A stretch of DNA of 64,000 nt from a virus. Below are positions 1-9,460 of the stretch, in pieces; the stretch's first letter is position 1, and each line of letters opens with the position of its first letter. Made by a program: the position numbers and the translations under genes. Location: positions 32,001 to 96,000 of the IMG/VR virus record IMGVR_UViG_3300042691_023183. One strand, written 5' to 3'. The notes beneath the pieces are model-generated. The model was given only the letters and a program-made list of their open reading frames with translations, was not told where the DNA came from and did not search any database.

Positions 1-1374
1 CATTATGATATCATGGAAATTTTGGTGTTGAAAAACAACGCTGGTACTGATGATAATCGTGTTCGTAAGTTGGATTATTGTATTGGTCTTGATAAGTTGA
101 TCTTTGAACGATTCATGGAAAACAAGGAAGTTACTCTTTTCAGTTATCATGAGTGTCAGAGTCTTTGGAATCGATTTGGTTATGAAGATTTTAAGGAGAA
201 GTACGAAAAGGCAGAGAACAACAAGAACATCAAGTTCAAGAAGACGGTTAAGGCACGGGATTTGATGATGCTTTTGGCAAAAGAGCGTCTTGAGACCGGT
301 CGTATCTACACGATGTTTGTTGATCATGCCAATTCACATGGTAGTTGGGTTGACCAAGTTGATACCAGTAACCTTTGTCTTGAAGTGAATCATCCTTTGA
401 TTCCTATTGAGGACGTTAACGATCCTAATGGTGAAATTGGAGTGTGTATTTTGGCAGCGGTTAATTGGTTGGAGATTACCTCGGATGATGAAATGAAGAG
501 TGTTTGTGATGTTATTGTTCGAATGCTTGATTCATTGATTGATCACCAGAATTATTTTGTTCCGGCTGCTGAGAATTTTGCCAAGAAGCGTCGTAGTCTT
601 GGAGTTGGTGTTACCAACTTGGCGGCTATTCTTGCCAGAGAGGGTGTAAAGTACTGGGATCCTGAGGCTCCTAATATTGCGGCTCGTTGGATGGAGAAGA
701 TGAGTTATTATCTGATTGATGCAAGTGCTGAAATGGCCAAGGAATTTGGTAAGTGTGAAAAGTTTGATCGTACCAAGTTTAGTTCTGGCATTTTGCCAAT
801 TGATACTTATAAGAAGGACGTTGATGAGTTCATTACTGAACCTCTTCATATGGACTGGGAAGGTTTGCGTGAAAAGATTAAACAATATGGAATGCGTCAT
901 AGTACGTTGACTGCTTGTATGCCTGTTGAATCCAGCAGTGTTATTCAGAGTAGTACCAACGGAATTGAACCTCCACGTAGTTTGATTAGTCACAAGGGAA
1001 GTAAGACTAATATTCTACCTGTGGTTGTTCCGGGTGTGGAGAAATACAAAGACAATTACACCTTTGCGTTTGACATGCCTGATAATTCGGGATATCTTAA
1101 GGTAGCTGCGGCCATTCAGAAGTTTACTGATATGAGTATTAGTACCAACACTTATTATATTCCATCACGGTATCCCCAAAATAAGGTACCGGCTCAGGCA
1201 GTGATTATGGATATGATGTTGGCATATAAGTATGGATTGAAAAATCTGTATTATGCTAACACCGATGATGGCGATAAACAGACAGCAATGTCAGAAGATA
1301 AAGAGACTGTGAAGGTTGAACCTAAGATTGAAGGTGAACAGTCTGGTTGTACTAGCGGTGCATGTGCAATGTAA
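1..1374 (+). CDS. nrdA: Ribonucleotide reductase class Ia alpha subunit (5'-truncated by window edge)
   Basis: SNLCLE active-site motif, MPVESSS, TNGIEP, GLKNLYY, C-terminal CxxGxC; the frame is open from base 1. Confidence 0.97.
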   Translation, partial: HYDIMEILVLKNNAGTDDNRVRKLDYCIGLDKLIFERFMENKEVTLFSYHECQSLWNRFGYEDFKEKYEKAENNKNIKFKKTVKARDLMMLLAKERLETGRIYTMFVDHANSHGSWVDQVDTSNLCLEVNHPLIPIEDVNDPNGEIGVCILAAVNWLEITSDDEMKSVCDVIVRMLDSLIDHQNYFVPAAENFAKKRRSLGVGVTNLAAILAREGVKYWDPEAPNIAARWMEKMSYYLIDASAEMAKEFGKCEKFDRTKFSSGILPIDTYKKDVDEFITEPLHMDWEGLREKIKQYGMRHSTLTACMPVESSSVIQSSTNGIEPPRSLISHKGSKTNILPVVVPGVEKYKDNYTFAFDMPDNSGYLKVAAAIQKFTDMSISTNTYYIPSRYPQNKVPAQAVIMDMMLAYKYGLKNLYYANTDDGDKQTAMSEDKETVKVEPKIEGEQSGCTSGACAM

Positions 1375-1386
1375 AATAATAAAACT

Positions 1387-2445
1387 ATGAAAACCGTACT
1401 AAACAAGAAGAACATTGATCAACTAAAGAACCCCATGTTTTTTGGTGATGATCTATCTCTTCAAAGATATGATCAGATCAAATATCAAAAGTTCTATGAT
1501 CTTTATGATCAACAACTGAACTTTTTCTGGAGACCGCAAGAGGTTTCTTTGGTAAAAGATATCAGTGACTATAAGGCTCTATCAGACGAAGAACGTTTTG
1601 TGTTTGATAGCAATCTTAAATTCCAAACGATGACTGATTCGATGTTGAGTCGAAGCATTCATGAGTTGATGAAATACGTTACAAATCCCGAGTTGGAGAT
1701 TTGTATGAATACGTGGTCGTTTTTTGAAACGATTCACAGCAACAGTTATACATATATTTTGAACAACGTCTATCCTGACGCTACTAAGTTCTTTAATAGC
1801 GTATTGGAAGATCCTGAAATTGTTAAACGTGCAACAGCTATCTCTGGAAAGTATGATCAACTGTTGGGCGGTGGTTCAGATGAACGTCAACGTTTGTATG
1901 ATGCTATTCTGGCCACTCAAATCACTGAAGGATTGATTTTCTATGTGAGCTTTGCATGTAGTTTTTACTTTGGTTACCGTGGAAAGATGGAAGGTAACTC
2001 AAAGATTATCAAGTTTATTAGTCGTGATGAAAACCTTCATGTTGCGATTACTCAAAACATTATGAAAAACTGGATGAATAATCCAGATGAAGGATTCCAA
2101 GATATTGTCAAGAAGAACGAAGATAAGGTTTATGCTGCCTATGAAATGGCAGTCAATGCTGAAAAGGATTGGGCCGATTATTTGTTCAGTAAGGGCAACT
2201 TGGTTGGATTGACATCTGAAAGTCTCAAACACTATATTGAATGGTTGGCTAATAACCGACTTTCAAGTTTGGGATATAAGAAGATTTATCCAAATGCCAA
2301 GAACAATCCGCTATCTGGATGGTTGGATAGTTATTACGACAGTAAAAAATTACAAGTTGCTCCTCAGGAAACTGAATTGAGTAGTTATGTAAAGGGTGTA
2401 GATAGTACAATCAATGAAGATAGTTTTGTTGGTTTCAAACTATAA
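1387..2445 (+). CDS. nrdB: Ribonucleotide reductase class Ia beta subunit
   Basis: FFWRPQEV, ETIHSNSY, EGLIFYVSF, RDENLH, APQETE motifs; follows nrdA. Confidence 0.97.
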   Translation: MKTVLNKKNIDQLKNPMFFGDDLSLQRYDQIKYQKFYDLYDQQLNFFWRPQEVSLVKDISDYKALSDEERFVFDSNLKFQTMTDSMLSRSIHELMKYVTNPELEICMNTWSFFETIHSNSYTYILNNVYPDATKFFNSVLEDPEIVKRATAISGKYDQLLGGGSDERQRLYDAILATQITEGLIFYVSFACSFYFGYRGKMEGNSKIIKFISRDENLHVAITQNIMKNWMNNPDEGFQDIVKKNEDKVYAAYEMAVNAEKDWADYLFSKGNLVGLTSESLKHYIEWLANNRLSSLGYKKIYPNAKNNPLSGWLDSYYDSKKLQVAPQETELSSYVKGVDSTINEDSFVGFKL

Positions 2446-2475
2446 ACACTATATATCAAAAGAAAGGAATAAATT

Positions 2476-2616
2476 ATGCCAAAGCCAACACCAACGCCAA
2501 CACCAAGTGGTACGGCCGGAACAAGCGGTTCCAAGCCAAAGCCAACTGGTACTCCAAAGCCAACGGGATCAGCTGGATCAAGCGGTTCTAGTGGGTCTAG
2601 TGGAAAGAAGCGTTAA
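2476..2616 (+). CDS. 46-aa Pro/Thr/Gly/Ser/Lys-rich microprotein (not in ORF track)
   Basis: ATG at 2476 preceded by AGAAAGGAA RBS; MPKPTPTPTPSGTAGTSGSKPKPTGTPKPTGSAGSSGSSGSSGKKR*; followed by a terminator. Confidence 0.7.
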   Translation: MPKPTPTPTPSGTAGTSGSKPKPTGTPKPTGSAGSSGSSGSSGKKR

Positions 2617-2635
2617 TAAAGTTAATAACGGTCAC

Positions 2636-2666
2636 AAGAACACCCTTTACTGGGTGTTCTTTTTTT
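2636..2666 (+). terminator. Rho-independent terminator
   Basis: AAGAACACCC-tttact-GGGTGTTCTT hairpin followed by a T run. Confidence 0.85.
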
Positions 2667-2704
2667 GTTGTTATATCTAATCTGTATATATTTATAGTCA
2701 TAAT

Positions 2705-3379
2705 ATGAAAATCGATCAATTGCGTACACTCATTTCTGAAGGAATCCAAGAAGTTCTTGCCGAACGAAAGAAGCGTTTGGATGAAAAAAACAAGATCTCT
2801 GGTCTTTTGAAGAAGCTTGTGATGGAAGTCATCGAAGAAAAGAGCGTAGAGTTCGATAAAACATGTTCACAAATTGCCGAAGAGTTGGACAAAGAGGCCA
2901 AGAAGATCAATAAGAGTTATAGTGTGACCAAAAATGACGCTGGTAATTTTGAATTGTGTGGATGTGACCCATACCACGTTCATGTACGTCCACGTTGGAA
3001 CAACAGTTTTGAAGTTTTGGCTTATAAAGACAAAACAGATCGTACCAAGAAGATTGGTTTGACCTATGACGAAGTAAAAGACTTTATCAAGTCATATTTG
3101 ACAAGTGATAAAGAAAACTATGTCAATTCCGCATATAATAAGGTTGCAGACAACAGTCTTGATAAGGAAAAGAAGAAGAAACAAGAGGACGGACCACAAA
3201 AGACTGATGAAAAAGTGGTTGATGCAGTTGAAAAGAAAGAAGATCTACCAGATCAGCCAATGCAAGATGTAAACCTTAAGAAGGTTGAAAAACAAGTTGA
3301 TCACTCTTTGAAGGGTGAAAAGGCCAAGTATAAGTTTCCTAAGCAAAAGGACGATGACTTGACTGTCAAATTTAAGTAA
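2705..3379 (+). CDS. Hypothetical protein, possibly virion/head-associated
   Basis: 224-aa charged ORF with LISEGIQEVLAE / LVMEVIEE segments; TATTTATA motif just upstream. Confidence 0.7.
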   Translation: MKIDQLRTLISEGIQEVLAERKKRLDEKNKISGLLKKLVMEVIEEKSVEFDKTCSQIAEELDKEAKKINKSYSVTKNDAGNFELCGCDPYHVHVRPRWNNSFEVLAYKDKTDRTKKIGLTYDEVKDFIKSYLTSDKENYVNSAYNKVADNSLDKEKKKKQEDGPQKTDEKVVDAVEKKEDLPDQPMQDVNLKKVEKQVDHSLKGEKAKYKFPKQKDDDLTVKFK

Positions 3380-3433
3380 GTTGATCGAATACGGGTATAT
3401 CCGGTGAGGTCAAACTACTGTCGGATAAAACCT

Positions 3434-3742
3434 ATGAAAAGAATTATAATTAAATCATTACTTGTTGCGTCATTACTCAGTTCAGTAACGGTTAATGCCG
3501 GACATTTCAGTTGGGGAGTTTCAATTAACCTTGGATTTCCAGTATATTGTCCTCCGCCACAACCAGTAATCTATTCACCTGTGGTATATCACCCACAAGT
3601 GGTTGTGGTTCCTCAACCAATAGTTCGTCATGTTGTATATTCTCAACCAGTAGTTGTCGTTGCACCACCACCGGTGATTTACTATCCGGCACCGACAATT
3701 TGGGTTGGTGGTGGTCATCATCATCACGGTCATAGACGATAA
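3434..3742 (+). CDS. Secreted Pro/Val/Tyr-rich protein (PXPV-repeat-like)
   Basis: Signal peptide MKRIIIKSLLVASLLSSVTVNA, PPPQPVIY/PPPVIYYPAP repeats, His-rich tail. Confidence 0.75.
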   Translation: MKRIIIKSLLVASLLSSVTVNAGHFSWGVSINLGFPVYCPPPQPVIYSPVVYHPQVVVVPQPIVRHVVYSQPVVVVAPPPVIYYPAPTIWVGGGHHHHGHRR

Positions 3743-3759
3743 AATCCATAGATTCCTCG

Positions 3760-3790
3760 AAAATCCGCTGATAAAAACAGCGGATTTTTT
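3760..3790 (+). terminator. Rho-independent terminator (possibly bidirectional)
   Basis: AAAATCCGCTG-ataaaaa-CAGCGGATTTT then T run. Confidence 0.85.
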
Positions 3791-3791
3791 G

Positions 3792-3819
3792 TTGACTTTT
3801 TCTAGAACCGGTGTAGGAT
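3792..3819 (+). promoter_or_regulatory. Sigma70-like early promoter
   Basis: TTGACT-16nt-TAGGAT; shares GTTGACTTTT...CCGGTGTAGG with the promoter at 4798. Confidence 0.65.
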
Positions 3820-3837
3820 AGTGAAAATTAAATATAT

Positions 3838-4788
3838 ATGAGCAATACCAAACTCACCTCCGTCAACGAAATCCTCAATTCCGCCGTGTCTATGAAGCCG
3901 GCCGATGTCATCATTTCGGATCTCAAGTGGAAGTACCTTGTTCGATCCGTTCTCTATGGTAAGAACGTCCTCATGATCGGACCCACCGGTTGTGGTAAGA
4001 CTCTTGCTGCGCAAACTGTTGCAAAAGTCTTTAATCGTCCTTTCTTCTACTTTAACATGGGTTCTACTCAAGATGCTCGTAGTGCCCTTATTGGCAATAC
4101 TCACTTTGAAAAGGATACCGGTACCATTTTCAGCGAGTCTACGTTTGTCAGGGCCATTCAGACTCCCAATGCAGTCATTCTTTTGGATGAAATCAGTCGT
4201 GCTCATCATGATGCTGCAAATATCATGATGACTGTCTTGGATACTCTTCAGCGTTATCTTCGATTGGATGAAAAGAAGGATAATGCCATCGTGAATGTTG
4301 CCAAGGGTGTGTGTTTTATTGGCACCGCAAACATTGGTAACCAGTATACCGCAACCCGTGTTATGGATCGAGCGTTGATGGATCGTTTTTCTGTCAAGAT
4401 TGAGATGGATTTCCTCGATAAGGAGTCTGAGATCAACTTGGTTGTTAATCGGTTCAAGATTGATACCAAGAACTCTGAATTGTTCAACACCATTTCTGCC
4501 ATTTGTGAGATTGCATCTCATACCCGTGATCAGTATCGTCAGGATGATGGTAAGATTACCAACTTTGTGTCTACACGTGCTGTGTGTGAGATGGCAGAAT
4601 TGGTTAAGGATGGATTTAACCTTCGTGAAATTGCGGAGAGTGCCATTTATCCAGAGTTTTCTGTTGATGGTGGTGTTGACAGTGAACGTACTTATATCAA
4701 ACAGGTTGTTCAAAAATATATTCCGGCTGAATCTACCAATTCTCCTTTGATGAATGATCCGCTCAAGAACACTCAACCTCCTTTCTAA
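3838..4788 (+). CDS. MoxR/CobS/CbbQ-family AAA+ ATPase
   Basis: Walker A GPTGCGKT, Walker B LLDEISR, GTAN, DRALMDRF, VSTR sensor. Confidence 0.92.
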   Translation: MSNTKLTSVNEILNSAVSMKPADVIISDLKWKYLVRSVLYGKNVLMIGPTGCGKTLAAQTVAKVFNRPFFYFNMGSTQDARSALIGNTHFEKDTGTIFSESTFVRAIQTPNAVILLDEISRAHHDAANIMMTVLDTLQRYLRLDEKKDNAIVNVAKGVCFIGTANIGNQYTATRVMDRALMDRFSVKIEMDFLDKESEINLVVNRFKIDTKNSELFNTISAICEIASHTRDQYRQDDGKITNFVSTRAVCEMAELVKDGFNLREIAESAIYPEFSVDGGVDSERTYIKQVVQKYIPAESTNSPLMNDPLKNTQPPF

Positions 4789-4797
4789 AAAAAGTTG

Positions 4798-4826
4798 TTG
4801 ACTTTTGTATAATTCCGGTGTAGGGT
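4798..4826 (+). promoter_or_regulatory. Sigma70-like early promoter
   Basis: TTGACT-17nt-TAGGGT immediately upstream of the vWA gene. Confidence 0.65.
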
Positions 4827-4835
4827 ATTAACACA

Positions 4836-6854
4836 ATGAAACATGTACATTCCGAATTTTGGTTGGATGAATTTGATGACTTTGACTCAACCGTCGAGGT
4901 TGATGCTACAACTCGTCTTATTCGTCTGAACATGACTCGTAGGGCTGTTGCCAATTTTGTTAGTATCCTCACCGGAAAGAACATCCCTGTTATTTTTAGT
5001 GATAGTGGTGAAAACATGACCGATGGTAAGGTCGTGTATCTTTCTTCTGATATTGATCAACCAGAGGACTTTGATAGTCTGGTTGGATTGGCTCTTCACG
5101 AAGGTTCTCACGTGTTGTTGTCTGATTTTCGGTTGGTGGTTGATCTGTGGCAGAATATTCCTCGTAGTCTTTATAACATTGCTGAACCAAAGGGTTTTTC
5201 CAAGACTGATGTGGCGTCTTTTCTCAAGACTGTCCTCAACGTTATTGAGGATCGTTATATTGATCAGTTTGTGTATAAGAATGCTCCGGGTTATCGTGGT
5301 TATTATTTGGCACTGTACGATAAGTTCTTCAACAACAAGAGCATTGACATGATGCTCGAATCACAGATGTATCGTAGCGCTACTCTTCAGTCGTATGAAG
5401 CTCGGTTGATTAACTTGACCAACAAGAATACTGATCTGGATGCGTTGCCTGATTTCCGTAATATTGCCGAATTAATTGGTATTTCCACTATTGACCGATT
5501 GGTTACGCCTCAGGATCGTCTTAATGTGGCTATTAAAGTCTGTGAACTGATTTTCAAGAACATTGATGCTGACCAACAAAAGTCAGAGGATGGTTCTTCA
5601 AAGACTGGAAAAGGATCCGGTGAAAATGCCACTGTTGTTATTGTCCCAGAAGATGATGTTATTGGAGGCACTTCTACATCGGTCACTTCTTCTACAATCA
5701 ATTCTGATGAAGTCACTAAGAAGGCTAATGAACAAAGTGGTGTTTCAAAGTCAAAACGTGATGCTGTGGATCGTGCTTTGAAGAAACAAAAGATCTTTGT
5801 TTTGGGTAACATTAAGAAGTCGAAGATTTCGGCTACTCAAAAGAAGATTCTTGATAGTTTGGAAAACGCAGGTGTTACTATTGTTAACGTTGGAAATCAA
5901 CTTGGCGACAATACTCCTATTACTGCTGGTGTTGACTGTATTGTTGTCAAGAATTTTACCCGTGACTTGATTTTTTCTGATATTTGTCCTTGTACACAAT
6001 ACGATGATAAAAAGAATCCCACCTCGGAGACCAAGATGGCAGTTGAACGGGGTGTTCAACTTGGTGTTTTGCTTGGAAAACGTTTGAGTATTCGTAGTGA
6101 GATTAATACTACGAAGTATATGCGTAAGTCTGTTGGCAAAATTGATCGACGTGTTTTGTCTGAATTGGGATTTGACAATGACAACGTTTTCTATAGAATT
6201 GAAACTGACTTGTATAAGAAGGCGTTCATTCATATTTCAGTTGATGCTAGTGCAAGTATGCAGGGTAAAAAGTGGAATAATACCATAACTTGTGTCACTG
6301 CAATTTGTAAGGCAGCGTCTATGATTTCGAACATTCGGGTTAGTGTAAGTGTTCGTACTACCAGTATGAGTTCCGGTCATCCTTATATTGCTATGGTTTA
6401 CGATTCTGCTAAGGATTCATTTGCCAAGGTGATTAATCTGTTTCCGTATTTGGGTCCAAGTGGAAGTACACCAGAAGGTCTTTGTTTTGAGGCAATTATG
6501 AATATGTTGAAAGACTGTGGAGAAAACGAGGATTATTATTTCCTTAATTTCTCTGATGGCGAACCGGCATATTGTTATAATTCTCCAAAGGTTGGACAGT
6601 TTATCCATTATTCTACCGATAATGGGGCAAAACACACTCGTAAACAAGTTGGTAAGATTCGTGAGAAGGGATACAAGGTGTTGGCATATTACATTACCGA
6701 AAGTAAAACTCTAAAGAGACTTGGTGAATTTAATAGTTTTAACGTTTTTAAGACGATGTACGGTAAAGATTCTCGGTACATTGATGTAACGAATATCGTT
6801 AGCGTTGCTAAGACGATGAATGAAATGTTTTTGAACAGTAACAGTAAAGTTTAA
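4836..6854 (+). CDS. vWA-domain MoxR partner with N-terminal HExxH metallopeptidase-like domain
   Basis: LALHEGSH, NVIED; MIDAS DASASM, GSTPEG, FSDGEP; adjacent to the MoxR ATPase. Confidence 0.88.
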   Translation: MKHVHSEFWLDEFDDFDSTVEVDATTRLIRLNMTRRAVANFVSILTGKNIPVIFSDSGENMTDGKVVYLSSDIDQPEDFDSLVGLALHEGSHVLLSDFRLVVDLWQNIPRSLYNIAEPKGFSKTDVASFLKTVLNVIEDRYIDQFVYKNAPGYRGYYLALYDKFFNNKSIDMMLESQMYRSATLQSYEARLINLTNKNTDLDALPDFRNIAELIGISTIDRLVTPQDRLNVAIKVCELIFKNIDADQQKSEDGSSKTGKGSGENATVVIVPEDDVIGGTSTSVTSSTINSDEVTKKANEQSGVSKSKRDAVDRALKKQKIFVLGNIKKSKISATQKKILDSLENAGVTIVNVGNQLGDNTPITAGVDCIVVKNFTRDLIFSDICPCTQYDDKKNPTSETKMAVERGVQLGVLLGKRLSIRSEINTTKYMRKSVGKIDRRVLSELGFDNDNVFYRIETDLYKKAFIHISVDASASMQGKKWNNTITCVTAICKAASMISNIRVSVSVRTTSMSSGHPYIAMVYDSAKDSFAKVINLFPYLGPSGSTPEGLCFEAIMNMLKDCGENEDYYFLNFSDGEPAYCYNSPKVGQFIHYSTDNGAKHTRKQVGKIREKGYKVLAYYITESKTLKRLGEFNSFNVFKTMYGKDSRYIDVTNIVSVAKTMNEMFLNSNSKV

Positions 6855-6881
6855 CAATTAACAAGAAAGGAAATATATAAC

Positions 6882-7292
6882 ATGAAGAAGACAAATCGAC
6901 AGAATAAGACTGGACTTAGCGTGAATTGGCCAACTGGCTTTTACACGATGGAGACCAGTGAATCACATCCTAACATTACCAGTTTGTGGAGTCAGAATCA
7001 GCATTTTGCTGCTTTGATTACGCTTCGGGTTAGGTTGACGAATGCAATTGAGGCAAATCAGGTGGTTTCTCTGGGTACCATTAAGGGTTCCAAGGGTCGT
7101 CCTAAGTTGGTTTTTGCCAACACTCCGGTGTCTCAAGAAACCATTGAATCTGCTCGTGCAGCTGGCGTTACGCTCAACGATAACATTCCTCACGTTGTGA
7201 ATGTCATGAGTGTGTCTCCTGCTACTGAGGAGGTTTCAGAGGTGGTTGATCATGTGAGTCAGACTGACAAGACTGCCGTCTCTGCGGTTTAA
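6882..7292 (+). CDS. Hypothetical protein, possibly DNA-binding
   Basis: GAAAGGAA RBS; KGRPKLVF motif typical of winged-helix wing/AT-hook. Confidence 0.65.
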   Translation: MKKTNRQNKTGLSVNWPTGFYTMETSESHPNITSLWSQNQHFAALITLRVRLTNAIEANQVVSLGTIKGSKGRPKLVFANTPVSQETIESARAAGVTLNDNIPHVVNVMSVSPATEEVSEVVDHVSQTDKTAVSAV

Positions 7293-7344
7293 AATAAAGT
7301 AACGGTGTTCACTTTCTATATATATCAAAGGTAACTTTGGTATT

Positions 7345-7623
7345 ATGAGAAAACACTATTACTATTTTGAATTGGCAAAAGGAGATGCGTATTTGTTATA
7401 CGATGGGGAGAGTCTAATAAAATTGGACTCTCCTCTTTCTATTGGCAATGAACGTGAAGTTAAATTGGCTGTAACAAAACTTCCTAAAGATAAAAATGAC
7501 AAATTGCCAATAGTAACTTATTCTGAATTACTAAATGTAAAAATAGAGTCATCTAAGATAGTATTTGACTTTAAGCGTGGTACTACTATAGACTTTGAAG
7601 ATAGAAACAAGAAGAAAACCTAA
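7345..7623 (+). CDS. Hypothetical protein
   Basis: 92-aa ORF coupled (TAATG) to the next gene. Confidence 0.65.
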   Translation: MRKHYYYFELAKGDAYLLYDGESLIKLDSPLSIGNEREVKLAVTKLPKDKNDKLPIVTYSELLNVKIESSKIVFDFKRGTTIDFEDRNKKKT

Positions 7624-8813
7624 TGAACACAGAACATCAATTTTTTGATTTAGACGTATTTAAATTCGATAAGGAAGTAGAAAAAAGAAAGTTCATAGAC
7701 AATATGAACTTTTTGAAATCTATGAGTGTCGAAGAGTCAACGTTCTATAAGAAGTGGGAGGAAGTAAAAGAATATAGTAAGTTTGCAACTAAGTCTGATG
7801 ATGTCTTTTGTAAGATTTGGAAACCCAAGGATCTTAACAACGAAGAGTTGACGTTGCAGCAATTGGAGAAAATGAATCCAACTATGGTTCATGTGGAAAC
7901 TGAACAACAAGAGTTGGATTGGTTGATGTTGCGTGTGTTTTGTCATACGATGGAGTTTAGTCAAACTCCGGGTAGGTTTCTAAAGTTTCTTATTACTGAT
8001 GGTAACGAGGATAATCCCAAGTATCTGGGAGCGGTATCTGTATCAAGTGACGTTATTACGATTCAGGATAGAGATGTTTATCTAGGATGGACACCCAAGA
8101 ACAAGTTGGAAGATGGTAAACTGGTTCATAGTGCAATTGGAAGTTGTATTATGTCAACTCAACCTTTTGGATATAACTTTCTTGGTGGTAAGTTGATAGC
8201 GTGTTTGGTTACATCTTCTGCAGTACGTGATGTATGGAAGAAGTTGTACGGACAAACTTTGGTAGGTATGACGACAACCAGTCTATATGGTAGTTACAGT
8301 ATGTACAACAGTTTGAAGTGGTGGCACAAATGTGGAACCAGCGCTGGTAAGATCCCTATTAAGCCAGATGACACCTTCTATCAAATTTGGCACGATTGGA
8401 TCAAGGAGAATAAATCTAATGAATACATCAAAAAGATGACTCAAAAGGATGATGTCTCTGGACCTGTAACTGGCGCTAAACAACGTGTATTGAGTATGAT
8501 CTTTCAAGAGTTAAAGATTAAAACTCAAGATTACGTTCATGGGTATGAAAGAGGTGTTTATTATAGTTGTTTTTATGAAAATACCAAGGAGTTCTTGAAG
8601 AACGAGATTACTGAAGATCGATTGGTAATGAAAAAATTGTTCGTGGATGACACGAATGTTATAATGAATTGGTGGAAATCTAAGGCAAAAGACCGTTATT
8701 TGAAGTTAAAATCGGAAAATAATCTTAAAAATGACGTTTTGTATTATAGTCCTATGATCGACCTGTCATATCAAGACGCTAAGGAAAAGTTTTTTAAAGA
8801 AGTTGGCCGATGA
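7623..8813 (+). CDS. DUF4338 / Druantia DruA-like protein
   Basis: PGRFLKF, QPFGYNFLGGKL, TTTSLYG..SMY, G.SAG motifs. Confidence 0.7.
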   Translation: MNTEHQFFDLDVFKFDKEVEKRKFIDNMNFLKSMSVEESTFYKKWEEVKEYSKFATKSDDVFCKIWKPKDLNNEELTLQQLEKMNPTMVHVETEQQELDWLMLRVFCHTMEFSQTPGRFLKFLITDGNEDNPKYLGAVSVSSDVITIQDRDVYLGWTPKNKLEDGKLVHSAIGSCIMSTQPFGYNFLGGKLIACLVTSSAVRDVWKKLYGQTLVGMTTTSLYGSYSMYNSLKWWHKCGTSAGKIPIKPDDTFYQIWHDWIKENKSNEYIKKMTQKDDVSGPVTGAKQRVLSMIFQELKIKTQDYVHGYERGVYYSCFYENTKEFLKNEITEDRLVMKKLFVDDTNVIMNWWKSKAKDRYLKLKSENNLKNDVLYYSPMIDLSYQDAKEKFFKEVGR

Positions 8814-8849
8814 GTTCATATTTATAATGTACAATAAATAGGACTCTTT

Positions 8850-9458
8850 GTGCTAGATTTTATTTCTTATAACAGATTTAACACGTTTATAGAACGTTTG
8901 TTGGTGGTGAGAAAAACCCAAGTTTCGCCATCATACGTGGATAACTCCGCAAACGGTTTATTTACTGGACCTGTTGGTACCATTCTTCAAAAGCGTGGTA
9001 ATATCTTTTCGTACAAATATCCCAACGATCCCGATTTTACTGTCATCAATTATACCAATAACACCATTGAAAGGTTGTGTAATAACTATTCTGTGGTATT
9101 AAACAGTGGTGTAAATAAGAATGTAACGTGGGTCAAAAAGGATAACAGTCCGGGCACAAAATGGGAAAATAAAGGTGTTAACAGTCAGATATGTGTAATT
9201 TGTGAAATTACACCTGCTGCGCCATGTACAACACCAATTATCAGTTATATTACACCTACACCTACTCCATCTCCATATACTTATTATGGTGATATTGTTG
9301 TTGGTACATTACGAGTAACTACGTTAATTGTTGACAGTAATACGCCATGTCCACCGACCGGCTCTGGTTCATTTGGACAAGTGAGTATATGTGAAAATTA
9401 CCTGTATATTTACGATGGTACTAAATGGAAACGTTTTGAACTTTCGACTTATTATTGA
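8850..9458 (+). CDS. Hypothetical virion-type protein with C-terminal FGQ..ICENY.Y.YDG..WKR module
   Basis: ORF track; start codon uncertain; C-terminal module is repeated in the next ORF. Confidence 0.6.
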   Translation: MLDFISYNRFNTFIERLLVVRKTQVSPSYVDNSANGLFTGPVGTILQKRGNIFSYKYPNDPDFTVINYTNNTIERLCNNYSVVLNSGVNKNVTWVKKDNSPGTKWENKGVNSQICVICEITPAAPCTTPIISYITPTPTPSPYTYYGDIVVGTLRVTTLIVDSNTPCPPTGSGSFGQVSICENYLYIYDGTKWKRFELSTYY

Positions 9459-9460
9459 TT

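Noticed and set aside
2414-2680. 88-aa ORF from the track overlapping the end of nrdB
   Set aside because: It runs through a terminator; the alternative-frame 46-aa ORF at 2476 has the RBS and fits better.
3398-3427. Possible riboswitch or ncRNA hairpin (TATCCG...CGGATA) before the PXPV gene
   Set aside because: Only a 6-bp stem, and it matches no riboswitch consensus I recognise.
3802-4776. Long antisense ORF (324 aa) and similar shadow ORFs opposite nrdA, vWA, pol and helicase
   Set aside because: They fully overlap well-supported genes on the other strand, show no motifs and are explained by codon bias.
3838-6854. MoxR/vWA pair as a CbbQ/CbbO activase for the RLP
   Set aside because: The pair is more than 30 kb away, has separate early promoters and is common in large phages without RuBisCO; nothing links the two loci.
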